64,000 nucleotides of DNA from Picochlorum sp. SENEW3 (lineage: Eukaryota), in the NCBI GenBank assembly GCA_034226945.1, contig CP120456.1, positions 1-64,000 of the forward strand, read 5' to 3'. Positions 10,582-20,813 of this stretch are shown piece by piece. The translations under genes and the position numbers were made by a program. The notes beneath the pieces are model-generated. The model saw nothing but the letters and a program-made list of their open reading frames with translations, was not told where the DNA came from and ran no database searches. The number at the start of each line of letters is the position of its first letter. Position 1 is the stretch's first letter.

Positions 10582-12175
10582 CCCTACCCTGTGCATACCG
10601 TCGTTCCTTGGCAGTGAGGGTAATGAGGGTATATAACACCATAGTCACCCTACTTCCCACCACACAAACAAAAAATAAACACAATTTTCAAATAAAAATA
10701 ATAATAAACTACCCAAAAATAAGAAAATATCCAAAAAATCAAAAATAAAGCCAAGAAAAAACACCACCAACAAGACCAAAATACCCTAACCAAAAAAACA
10801 CACCAACAAAAAAAACATCCAAAAACACAACCAAAAGAACGAGAATATACAATACAATATCAAGAAGAAGAATAAGTAGTATAATAAACACCTACTATAT
10901 ATACAACGACAACGACAACAACAAAAGACACGGCATACCACAAGCTCTGCTACTACTACTGCTCCTCCTCCTCCTCCTACTACTACAACAAGAGAAGACA
11001 ACAACAACAGCAACCAACACAAAAGAAGGAAGCAAAACCAAAATCAAAAGATAAAAATCTCATAATAATCATAATGACACAATAACAATCTATACTATGC
11101 TAGGCTATGCATGAATGAAAAGAATCTCTGTCTTCTTCTTCACAACAACAACAGCAACAACAGAAGGACACAATATTAAGTAAGTAAGTAAGTAAGAAGA
11201 ATACCAGTAATAATAATAATAATAAACACCCATCATTAAAAAAAAGCGTCGCACACCCAGTGCAAAACAAACAGTGGTCTGCTGCCACATGTCTGAAGAA
11301 GAGGGAGCAGCTCGGAACAGGAAGAATGGCGATCTTCCCATCACCCCTTGACTTGACTGGGACCACCACCAAAAACATACCAACCAAACCAAGTAAGGGT
11401 GTAGAAAACAGCCACCCTACATAACAACAACAATAAGAATACAATAAATCAACAACCATCTAGCATTCACACCACCACCACTACTACTACTACTGCTGCT
11501 GCTGCTACAGAACATGAGACAACACACCAACAAAGAAGCAAAGCAATCAAAAGGAGAAAGTAGATATCTCATAATAGTAGTAGTAGTAATAATGATAATA
11601 ACATGCACAACAATCGACACGAGCAACGATAACAACCAATAATAACAGAACAGAACAAAGCACACAAGTCTCATGCACACAAGAAGAACAACAAGGAGCT
11701 ACCCTACACAGACAACATATGAGATAGAGAGAGGTATAATAGTAGTAGTATATATAAAAAGAATAAATAGAAGACATGAAACAAGAATAAAATGAAAAGA
11801 AATCGTCGTCTTCACAACAACAACAACAAGCAAGCTGAGATAAGCACCAGAGGAACATTGCAGCAGCTGCAATGCTGGAGCATCTCTCAATATCATCATC
11901 ATGCGAGGCACGCGTACTTACTTACTTACATAGACTTCATGAGTTGCAATTAGGATAGTAATAGTAGTATATAACTGCGCAGCGTCTTTGAATGGGGAAG
12001 ATCTCGTCGTGTTTTTACAGCAAAGAAAGACTGCTCATCAGCTCTCCTCCTGACTGCTGTGTGCTCCACATATCCAGGCGCTCCCATCAGAAGGGGTCTT
12101 CCATCGGACAAAGGAAACCAACATCGAAAAGAAACTACCACCACCGGTCAAAACTCCATTGTGATGGGAGATGAA
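10582..12175. repeat. A/C-rich duplicated block, copy B, with CAA/CTA microsatellites
   Basis: Begins CCCTACCCTGTGCATACCGTCG directly after the LINE poly(A). Homologous to 1822-2870 with an internal expansion. Confidence 0.85.
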
Positions 12176-14906
12176 AAAAGCCACAAAAAGCACGCTGAGT
12201 GTGGCCGAGCGGTTAAAGCGTGTGGTTTTGATGGTCGTCCTTTTTTATTGTCCTCATTTACGATGGACACGCCTGAAAAAAATTAGAAGTCCGACCTTAT
12301 CGATCGGTCCAATACCACGTCGGACCGATGCCTTCAGTCTATCTACCCTATGAGAGGGAGACCTTGGAAGAAAGAAAAGCTCTACTACTACACCTTTTGT
12401 TCTTCTTCTTCTCTACAACTATTACTGTTGGTTTACTACGACTACTACGACTACTACGACTACTAAATAACAACAATAATCAGTGCCATTGTTACCCGAG
12501 AGGTAGAAACAACGAAGAGAGGGGTAGTAGCAATAGCAATAGCACACAATGTGTGCTCACCCACCGTCCACAGACTCAACCAACAAAACAGCAAAACAGC
12601 TCCATACACACACTGATTCGTGGATTCAGAAAACACAACAATAACACGAATAATCAAAAAATATGTTCTAATCGATCTATTCTATCGTATGGTAAGCAGA
12701 ACAACGTGTGAATACAGGATGGATGTGGACATTCACACAGAGATCTGTTGGGGGAATCATGCAAAGACACCCTGCTGTCCTGACACGCGACTGCTTTTTG
12801 AGCAGTATTTCTAGTAGTATGTCGTATCCTTGTACAAAATGAACAGAACAAAAGATGTATAGCAGAATCAATCTGGTTTTGATTGAAATGATAGGTGCTG
12901 CCTGTCCACCAATAGACTAGGGAATGTGGCCATCACAAGAGCTGCTCTGACCTGGATGAATGAATGTAGGAGCTACAACTACAGAAGAAAAAAAGAAAGG
13001 CTTCTCTGCTACACAACAACAAACAAAACGAAAACAAAGAACAAACAGAATGTATTCCCATGCGTTTCTTTACCAATCAACATTGATTGGAACAACAATA
13101 CAAAGAGAGCCTGTGACAAGAAAGGAGGTGGCTCACCCTCACCAATAGGTTGGTTGTTGAATGGGGCTCCACTAGTATTTGACACCGTGTCGAATAGTCG
13201 AGATTCAAATGACCGCCAAGAACGAAGAAAAGGAGTTGAAAAGATGATTGCAACAGCAGGCAAAGCCCCAAACCGAGGCAAGAGAAGAAAAAAGAAGAAG
13301 CCACGCGCCAGGCTCGCAGGACAAATCGATCCATCTGTTCGAAAAGGAAAAACAAAAGAAAGAGCGGAAAGCACAGAGCGAAAGAGCAACGTTCGACGAC
13401 AAACAATAGGGGTAGGTTCACCACAAGAGGCCCAGAGGATGCATCCCACAGGCCTACAACATGCACTGTCCATACTGGGGGCAGACTATCGCCTGATAAG
13501 ATCTATGTACCGTCATAGAAGGAATAAATATAATTCAATGCCCCTCAATATTGCCGTCACTGCCCCCAACTGGGCATGGGCACAGCATACCTCACAGGAT
13601 GCGTCATCATACCTCGTGATGCGAAATCAGTCTGTGAATTTGGAACAAGCATGCGTCACACATGCGTTATTGCCACCACTGTATCTGGGACCTCATCACG
13701 CAAGGGACCGCAACATTCGACGCATCAAAAATTTGGCATTGCGACATGAGCTAATGTTCTATGTTTCTACTACTATAGAATATCCTGTATATCGTCGTCA
13801 ATTCCACTAGCATCGCAGCAGATAGGAGTCGCTCCCCAAGGGGGGTAAGAAAAAGAAGAGCCATGAAGACGATTCATGTATTCATAATAATAATAAATCA
13901 ATTTTGATAGTATAGCACCAGCGCATGGCTACAGAGGGAGAAAACTGTCCCCAACCGTTCACGACAAAGCCATGGCAACATGCTGCGACGTCGAGGAGCC
14001 TCTTCTCCTCGTGGATTTTTGTATTTATCGTTGATTGTCACTCCACCATCTAAAATAGTATCGAATGAAGTCAAGGAGACGACAGAAGAAAGCAAACCAA
14101 GCTCAAGCAGGCGGGTGGCAGTGAGTGTGTTGCGCCAAGAGCACGCTAGCTTGTTCAACCCTGTGGCTCTCTCACTGAACTGTGGTGCGCTCCTGTCATC
14201 CATTCGACCGGAGACACAATTTCAGAAGCAAAACGCTCGTCGTGATATTAGTCCGTAAAAAGACACAATAAAAAAGACGACCACGCGACAAGTTTGACAA
14301 GTTTGGCAAGGTCACGATTTTTATTGTGTTCAATTACAGCACAAAACACTGGGGTGAAATCGTTGAAATTGTCGTTAAATCTGAAAGGTCACGATTTTTT
14401 ATTGTGTTCAATTACAGCAGAAAAACACTTGGGTACTTGGGAGTGTGTATCGATCAGTCTAGAGTGTCCAATTGCATCGAACATGGAATTATACTTGCAT
14501 AAACGTATAATCCCTGCTGACACCGCGACGAATGAAAGTCCCTATTAAAAACACAGCCTGTGTGGGTGGTCGTCGTCAATTCCGTTCGCGTCACATTGGT
14601 TGGGAGGAGGAGGAGGGGCCTGCAGAGCTGTCACCCATGGGCAGGAAGGGCCATTAATATGATTCATACTAAACCAATTATACCACCCATGTATGGCTAC
14701 TTCCAGAGAGCGAGCGAGAGCGAGAGAGTGGTGTCCTTGACCGTTCCACGGCATTGCCTTAGCAACATGCCCCGACGTCCAGGACCTTCTTATGGTGGGT
14801 TTCTGTACGAATCGCTCATTGATTTTCATTCCAACCCCTCTGAATGAAATCAAGGAGACGCCAGACTACTCCAAAGCTCAAGGAAGCGAATGGTTGTGTG
14901 TGTGTT

Positions 14907-15202
14907 TGTAACAGCATGTCGCCAGTGTGGTTCTGGACTTCCTTCCAGAGTGACACGGCATGCTGCCAACATGCGCTCGCCAGCCGTTGTCGACAGGGAG
15001 CGTTCAACCTTCACACGCAGTGAGGTTCGACTATAGTGTGGATTGCATAGCAATTAATCATACAGTGGGTATCTCTCATATTCACTAAAAGTACTTGAAT
15101 TAGAAGTTACATGAGAAATAATGATTCTCAGTATATGAAGATGCTGATGATGACAGATCTCCCCAGAGATCTCTTCCCACAAGGACGTAGCTCTCTGCTA
15201 CA
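14907..15202 (-). repeat. 3' LTR
   Basis: Identical by eye to 20518-20813. Confidence 0.95.
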
Positions 15203-15276
15203 ATTCCTCCCTGCCAAGAACAAACCAAATGTCCTCATTTGGAACAGGGCATGTTTACCTCCCTGCCAAGAGCAGG

Positions 15277-16560
15277 TTATTCATCATCCAAAGGAATGAT
15301 CAAATCATCATCATCTGAATTCATAGTGGTGTCGTCGGAAGCATGAACCTTGTCGTTTTGAGGAAATTCCTCTGCATTTTCTGCTGTAGAATCATCCCAT
15401 TCTCTTTCCAATTGATGGTTCATTGTATCAATATTCATTCGGGAATGATAATGCTTCACTCGATCCACATTGACGACTGGGTGGAAAGCATAGCCTTGTT
15501 GCTTGGAATTCAATTCAACAGCATTGTTGGGAATCACCCTCACAACCGTGAATGGTCCAATCCAGCGAGGTTGCAGCTTTTTGAATTGCTTTCCTTCCCA
15601 CTTCAATTTGTGATTGGAGAGCAGAACTTGATCTCCTTCCTTGTAGACAGCCACTCTTCTGGATTTGTTGGCATAATGAGCTTGTCTCTGTTGTGCCACC
15701 CTCATGTTGTGGGTTGCAGCCTGATGGCAACGAAATAACACATCCAAATATTCAGAGCTCGCTGTAGTCTTCTCAGTGTCTTCCAGACCTAAAGCAATGG
15801 TATGGGGCTTTCTGGGATGACGACCATAATTCAAATAAAATGGAGTGAACTTGGTCGATTGCTGATACGAATCATTGTAAGCAAACTCCAGAGGCCATAA
15901 CAATTCATCCCACGTATTCGTGTATTCATCACAGTAGCATCGAATCATATCTTCCAGCACTCGATTCACTCTTTCAGTCTGCCCATCCGTCTGTGGATGA
16001 TAGGCAGTGGATTGCAACTTCTGGCAACCCAGCTGGCTCATGAGCTCGATCCAGAACTGACTCGTAAACTTTGGATCTCTGTCTGACACAATGCTCGACG
16101 GCATGCCATGCAAACGATACACATACTGCAGAAAGATGGAAGCAGTACCTTTGGCATCCAACGACGCAGGTGCTGGTGCAACGGTGAGACATTTGGTGAA
16201 CTTGTCCACCATCACCACAATCTGAGAATTCTTTCTGGCAGTCAACGGCAAATCTGTGATGAAATCAATTGTAACCTGGTCCCAAGGCTTGGCAGGAACA
16301 GGCAATGGCTGTAACAATCCAGCAGCAGGCTGATTCAGGCTCTTGACACTCTGGCAGACAGGACACTCTTTGACATACTTGGCCACATCATCTTGCATTC
16401 GAGGCCAAAAGTAGTACCTGGCCAGATCCTTGCACATCTTGTCCCTTCCAGGATGACCACTGAACATGCTGTCATGATGCAGCATCAACAACTCAGTCTT
16501 GAACGAAGCATTGTCTGGAATGATCAACCGTTTTGGGTGCTGAGGTGATGGGCCATACAC
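15277..16560 (-). CDS. Gypsy integrase (frameshifted from pol)
   Basis: HHCC zinc motif (HHDSMFSGHPG..CPVC), DDE core (IDFIT, SDRD, QTERVNR), GPF motif WIGPF. Confidence 0.95.
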   Translation of the reverse strand: MYGPSPQHPKRLIIPDNASFKTELLMLHHDSMFSGHPGRDKMCKDLARYYFWPRMQDDVAKYVKECPVCQSVKSLNQPAAGLLQPLPVPAKPWDQVTIDFITDLPLTARKNSQIVVMVDKFTKCLTVAPAPASLDAKGTASIFLQYVYRLHGMPSSIVSDRDPKFTSQFWIELMSQLGCQKLQSTAYHPQTDGQTERVNRVLEDMIRCYCDEYTNTWDELLWPLEFAYNDSYQQSTKFTPFYLNYGRHPRKPHTIALGLEDTEKTTASSEYLDVLFRCHQAATHNMRVAQQRQAHYANKSRRVAVYKEGDQVLLSNHKLKWEGKQFKKLQPRWIGPFTVVRVIPNNAVELNSKQQGYAFHPVVNVDRVKHYHSRMNIDTMNHQLEREWDDSTAENAEEFPQNDKVHASDDTTMNSDDDDLIIPLDDE

Positions 16561-19500
16561 CCAAAACGTGGATAATACAGCAATCCATTGTGTTCAGTCA
16601 CAGCATCCATGTTGACGTGATTCAGAATGGAGGGTACTGGAACTCGTTGCTTATAGCACTTTCGAATCGACCCAATAAACTTGTCTGTCTTGTACAACTG
16701 CCTCAATCTGTTGAGCAGAGCCTCATCCAGCTGCAAGCCCACGGCCACAGAATTCAATACCACTTCTGGAGGTCTGCTGAGCAAATCAGCAATACAATTC
16801 TTCTTTCCCTCAATGTACTGAATATCCAGATTAAAATCAGCCAGCTTGTTCAGCCATCTAATTTGCACACCATTCAGATCCTTTTGAGTGGGCAAATGAG
16901 TCAAGGGCCTGTGATCAGTAAAAACCACATTCTTTGGCTGCCCCAGCAAGTAACACCTGAAACGCCACACTGTGAGTTTCATAGCAAGAAATTCCTTGTC
17001 ATACACAGAATATCTGAGCTCGGCGCCTTCCAGCTTCTTCGAATAATATCCAAGAGGATGATACATGCCATCCACCAGCTGTGTGAGAACTCCTCCCACG
17101 GCATACTCCGAAGCATCTGTGAATACATGAAATGGCTTGGACATATCCACCAATCTCAAGACTGGATACGTCGTCAAAGCGTTCCTGAGAATTTCGTACG
17201 CTTGCTGAGCCTCCTGGGTCCATACAAAAGGCACCTCCTGCTTTGTCAATGATGTCAAAGGCAGGGCAATCTTGGCAAAATCTTTAATGAACCTTCTGTA
17301 AAATCCCACAGCTCCCAAAAAGGACCTAATCTGCCTCTTATTGGCAGGTCTTGGAAACGTAGCTATCTTTTCCACGAGTCTCTGGTCAGGCTTGATGCCC
17401 TCGGATGTCACCACAAATCCTAGAAACTTGGTGCTCTGTCGAAAGAACTCGCACTTCTTCATATTCAAATATACTTTGTTTTTCTTCAGACACTTCAAAA
17501 CAGTCCGAACATGCTCCTTATGCTTTTTCTTGGTCTTGCTAAAGATGAGAATATCATCCAGAAACACCACCACAAAGGCATCCATGTGGGGCTTGAGCAG
17601 CTTATTCATCCAGGCTTGAAACGTTGCCGGAGCATTGGTCAACCCAAATGGCATCACTCGAAACTGATATGAGCCATACCTCGTTCTGAAAGCTGTTTTG
17701 TGTCTGTCTTTCCTTGCTACAGGAATCTGGTGATACCCCGAATTGAGATCCAGTGCTGTGAAGTACTTGGCTCCAGACAGTTGATCCAACAACTCGTCAA
17801 TGTTGGGCAAGGGATAACTGTCCTTGACTGTCTGCTGATTGAGCATCCTGTAATCTACGCACATGCGCAGATCACCATTCTTCTTCTTGACGAACAACAC
17901 ATTGGAACCAAAAGGCGACGTGGATGGTTCAATAATCCTCTTGTCCAGGAACTGCTGCAACTGCTTGCGAAGCTCTCCCAGCAACGTAGGAGACATCCTC
18001 CTCAACGGTTGCACCTTGGCTTTTGTTCCAGGGACCAAGTCAATGTGATGTTCCACAGCATATGGTCTACCTTCAGAAGCATCTGGAGGCAATTGCCCCT
18101 CCAGCATAATGTCACCATACGAATCTTTCAATTCCTGTAGAAACTTTTTCTGGTCTTCCTGCTCTGCTCCCATTTCCAGAGCATGAAGACCCTTTTCATC
18201 TGTCGCACGACCAAGTGGCTGTTCACGTCGAGTGCTCACGTGAATCATATACATTTTCTCCACGCCCGAGACAGATTGGCATGTCTTTTTCATAGCAGAA
18301 GCAGTCAGCAGCAGGTCATCTTCCTGGGCATGCAGAACTCTTTGGGTCGGCTTTCTCAACAATACAGACATGGATTGATAGCACAAACTAGCTCCTTGTG
18401 CCTTCAACCACGGCTGGCCTAAATACACATCATACTTGCTGTTCAAGGGTGCCACTCGGAGGGCCACATGGGTCACACACTCCTGAGCTCCATGTTGCAC
18501 AATCCTCAAAGAACAATTTAGGACTTGATCAATACTCCTTCCAGATGACCCGTCTGGAAGCTTAAGCACTAGCGATCGACCTGTCGTCACATTCAATCCA
18601 CTAGTCCTGGTGAGGAAATTCTCAGCCACGAAGTTTTCCTCAGCGCCCGAATCCATTAATATTCGCACTCTATATCCTTTGATGTAGCCGTCGAAAGAGA
18701 ATATCAACCCTTTATCACCTTTCTTCGACTCCTGGAGATGGTATAAATCTCGATCCTTGGAAACACAGTCCCCATCATGAACACCAGCTTTGGTCAAAGC
18801 GGCCGTACTGTGCGATTCCTCAACAATCTCATTTTTGTTACTATTGGACTCCAGGGGTGGTCCAGGCGTTTCTTGAATACAATCCCCTGTTCCTAATCGA
18901 TCTCCAGATCCTTTTGTTGTGAATTCCTCCTCGCCTGGGACAGCGACCTCACAGTGTTGCAGCGATGTGGACTGGCCACCCTTCGGTGCCCAACAAGGGC
19001 AGCGACGGCCCAAGGCCAATTGATCCTTTCCACATCGCGAGCACAACTTCCCATATCTGTCAGCAGTCTTGACACAGAAATGAGTGGGATCCCATGCTGC
19101 ACCACAACATTTGCACTGTCCCTTGACAAACTTCTTTGGCTTCTTCCTGTTCTTCGTCTGCGTCTCCTGGCCACTCACATGATGAATGACCACTTCCGTG
19201 GACGACGACGACGGCGACAAATGAGAAATCCAATGCGACAAGTAAGCAATCAGTCTGTCCAATCTACTTCTAGACTGCACCTGTGGAGTGGTCTCCACCT
19301 CTTTGGCCAGCTGCTCTCGTTCATATTCCAACGCCTTGGCTTTGAATGCTGGCGTCAACGAGTTGATAAAGGTCTTGAACACGTGAATTTCAGAGTCTTT
19401 ACTACCCATCATTTCCAGCTGGTCCAGCAATTGACGAAATGCCCCGAGATGACGATCGAAATCATCCGCCGACTTCATGGTCAGCGAATTAAACTTGTCA

Positions 19501-20033
19501 TACAAGGCCTCCACTGTCCTGACTCCAGCGTATTTACGAAAAACCTCCTGGGTGAGAGCATTCCATGATTCGAACGAGCCGTTCTCTCGTACAGCCGATT
19601 CATACCAAAGACGGGCACTATCCCGAAACAACAGCTTGACCTCCTTCAACCAGCGAGCCTCATCGTCTTGAAAACGATCCGACATATATATCTTGGCGCT
19701 GGTGGTCCATCGAATCACGCCGTCTAGGTCATTATGCTTCTCACCATAGAAGACGGGAGCCTCCAGCTTGGGCAGCTTGTACCCCAGCGACGCACTCGTC
19801 TCTTGATCGTCCGACATCTGCCTGGGGCCTGTCTGCGATTGCATCGACAACTGTTTCACCATGGCTTTCAATTGTGCGATCTCCTCATACAAATTGGCGA
19901 CCTCCGTGGTCCCCTGGCTCACCGCGCCCAGGTCATCAGAGTCGAAAGCATCATTCTCCCGCAGGCGTATCTCGATGTCCGGTGGACTCCCATGTCCAGC
20001 CACTGGGCTCTCATTGCCCGGATTACTCGACAT
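16524..20033 (-). CDS. Gypsy gag-protease-RT-RNase H polyprotein
   Basis: Cys-rich gag knuckles, protease LMDSGA, RT LRMCVDYR / MPFGLTNAPATFQ / FLDDIL, RNase H TDASEY..DKEFLA..TDHRPL..ADLLSR. Confidence 0.97.
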   Translation of the reverse strand: MSSNPGNESPVAGHGSPPDIEIRLRENDAFDSDDLGAVSQGTTEVANLYEEIAQLKAMVKQLSMQSQTGPRQMSDDQETSASLGYKLPKLEAPVFYGEKHNDLDGVIRWTTSAKIYMSDRFQDDEARWLKEVKLLFRDSARLWYESAVRENGSFESWNALTQEVFRKYAGVRTVEALYDKFNSLTMKSADDFDRHLGAFRQLLDQLEMMGSKDSEIHVFKTFINSLTPAFKAKALEYEREQLAKEVETTPQVQSRSRLDRLIAYLSHWISHLSPSSSSTEVVIHHVSGQETQTKNRKKPKKFVKGQCKCCGAAWDPTHFCVKTADRYGKLCSRCGKDQLALGRRCPCWAPKGGQSTSLQHCEVAVPGEEEFTTKGSGDRLGTGDCIQETPGPPLESNSNKNEIVEESHSTAALTKAGVHDGDCVSKDRDLYHLQESKKGDKGLIFSFDGYIKGYRVRILMDSGAEENFVAENFLTRTSGLNVTTGRSLVLKLPDGSSGRSIDQVLNCSLRIVQHGAQECVTHVALRVAPLNSKYDVYLGQPWLKAQGASLCYQSMSVLLRKPTQRVLHAQEDDLLLTASAMKKTCQSVSGVEKMYMIHVSTRREQPLGRATDEKGLHALEMGAEQEDQKKFLQELKDSYGDIMLEGQLPPDASEGRPYAVEHHIDLVPGTKAKVQPLRRMSPTLLGELRKQLQQFLDKRIIEPSTSPFGSNVLFVKKKNGDLRMCVDYRMLNQQTVKDSYPLPNIDELLDQLSGAKYFTALDLNSGYHQIPVARKDRHKTAFRTRYGSYQFRVMPFGLTNAPATFQAWMNKLLKPHMDAFVVVFLDDILIFSKTKKKHKEHVRTVLKCLKKNKVYLNMKKCEFFRQSTKFLGFVVTSEGIKPDQRLVEKIATFPRPANKRQIRSFLGAVGFYRRFIKDFAKIALPLTSLTKQEVPFVWTQEAQQAYEILRNALTTYPVLRLVDMSKPFHVFTDASEYAVGGVLTQLVDGMYHPLGYYSKKLEGAELRYSVYDKEFLAMKLTVWRFRCYLLGQPKNVVFTDHRPLTHLPTQKDLNGVQIRWLNKLADFNLDIQYIEGKKNCIADLLSRPPEVVLNSVAVGLQLDEALLNRLRQLYKTDKFIGSIRKCYKQRVPVPSILNHVNMDAVTEHNGLLYYPRFGCMAHHLSTQNG

Positions 20034-20517
20034 CCTTCTGTAGATAAGGACAACGATTCAGACATGCTTATCAAGGTTGACTTGCCGAACAACTAATCAA
20101 TGTACCTGTGAATAGAGAGAAACGATATCTATATATTTCACTGCTCTTCTGGCATGTGAAATGTATCACCCACAACCACTGTTCGTATTGTTCGAACTAG
20201 TGCATGTATGATCAGCTGTTTCGGCGGAATAGAATGTTTTCCGAATGACCTACCGCAAGAACGAGGCTCACTCTTCTGCATCAGATGGCGGCGGAGCGCG
20301 TGCCACCCACGCGTTTGCATGGTCCAAGATCATGCACGTGGCCCAGCACGTGCCAGACTGATGCACGTGTCCCAAACGCGTTTGTGAGACGCGCCTGGCA
20401 CGCGTCCGACGCCGAGTCGAGACGTTCCCAGTTTCTCAAACGGTTGCGCAGAAACATTCTAAACCAGCCAAAACAAGCACACAATACTTAAAAGTATTTT
20501 CTCAGAGCTGAAACCAA

Positions 20518-20813
20518 TGTAACAGCATGTCGCCAGTGTGGTTCTGGACTTCCTTCCAGAGTGACACGGCATGCTGCCAACATGCGCTCGCCAGCCGTTG
20601 TCGACAGGGAGCGTTCAACCTTCACACGCAGTGAGGTTCGACTATAGTGTGGATTGCATAGCAATTAATCATACAGTGGGTATCTCTCATATTCACTAAA
20701 AGTACTTGAATTAGAAGTTACATGAGAAATAATGATTCTCAGTATATGAAGATGCTGATGATGACAGATCTCCCCAGAGATCTCTTCCCACAAGGACGTA
20801 GCTCTCTGCTACA
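20518..20813 (-). repeat. 5' LTR
   Basis: Identical by eye to 14907-15202. Confidence 0.95.

Larger units (their letters stand above)
14907..20813 (-). mobile_element. Full-length Ty3/Gypsy LTR retrotransposon
   Basis: Two 296-bp LTRs with TG...CA ends. 5-bp TSD GTGTT (14902-14906 and 20814-20818). PBS-like TGGTTTCAGCTCTGAG follows the 5' LTR, and polypurine GGCAGGGAGGAA precedes the 3' LTR. Domain order gag-PR-RT-RH-IN. Confidence 0.97.

Noticed and set aside
12195..12232. tRNA gene (TGGCCGAGCGGTTAAAGCG resembles a D-arm/A-box)
   Set aside because: No complementary anticodon stem, T-arm or acceptor follows; it runs straight into the 31-bp motif. At most a fragment.
12926..13810. 294-aa ORF as a gene or transposase
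   Set aside because: Non-ATG start, low-complexity A-rich composition and no recognisable motif. Worth an HMM search only because it lies between two copies of the 31-bp motif.
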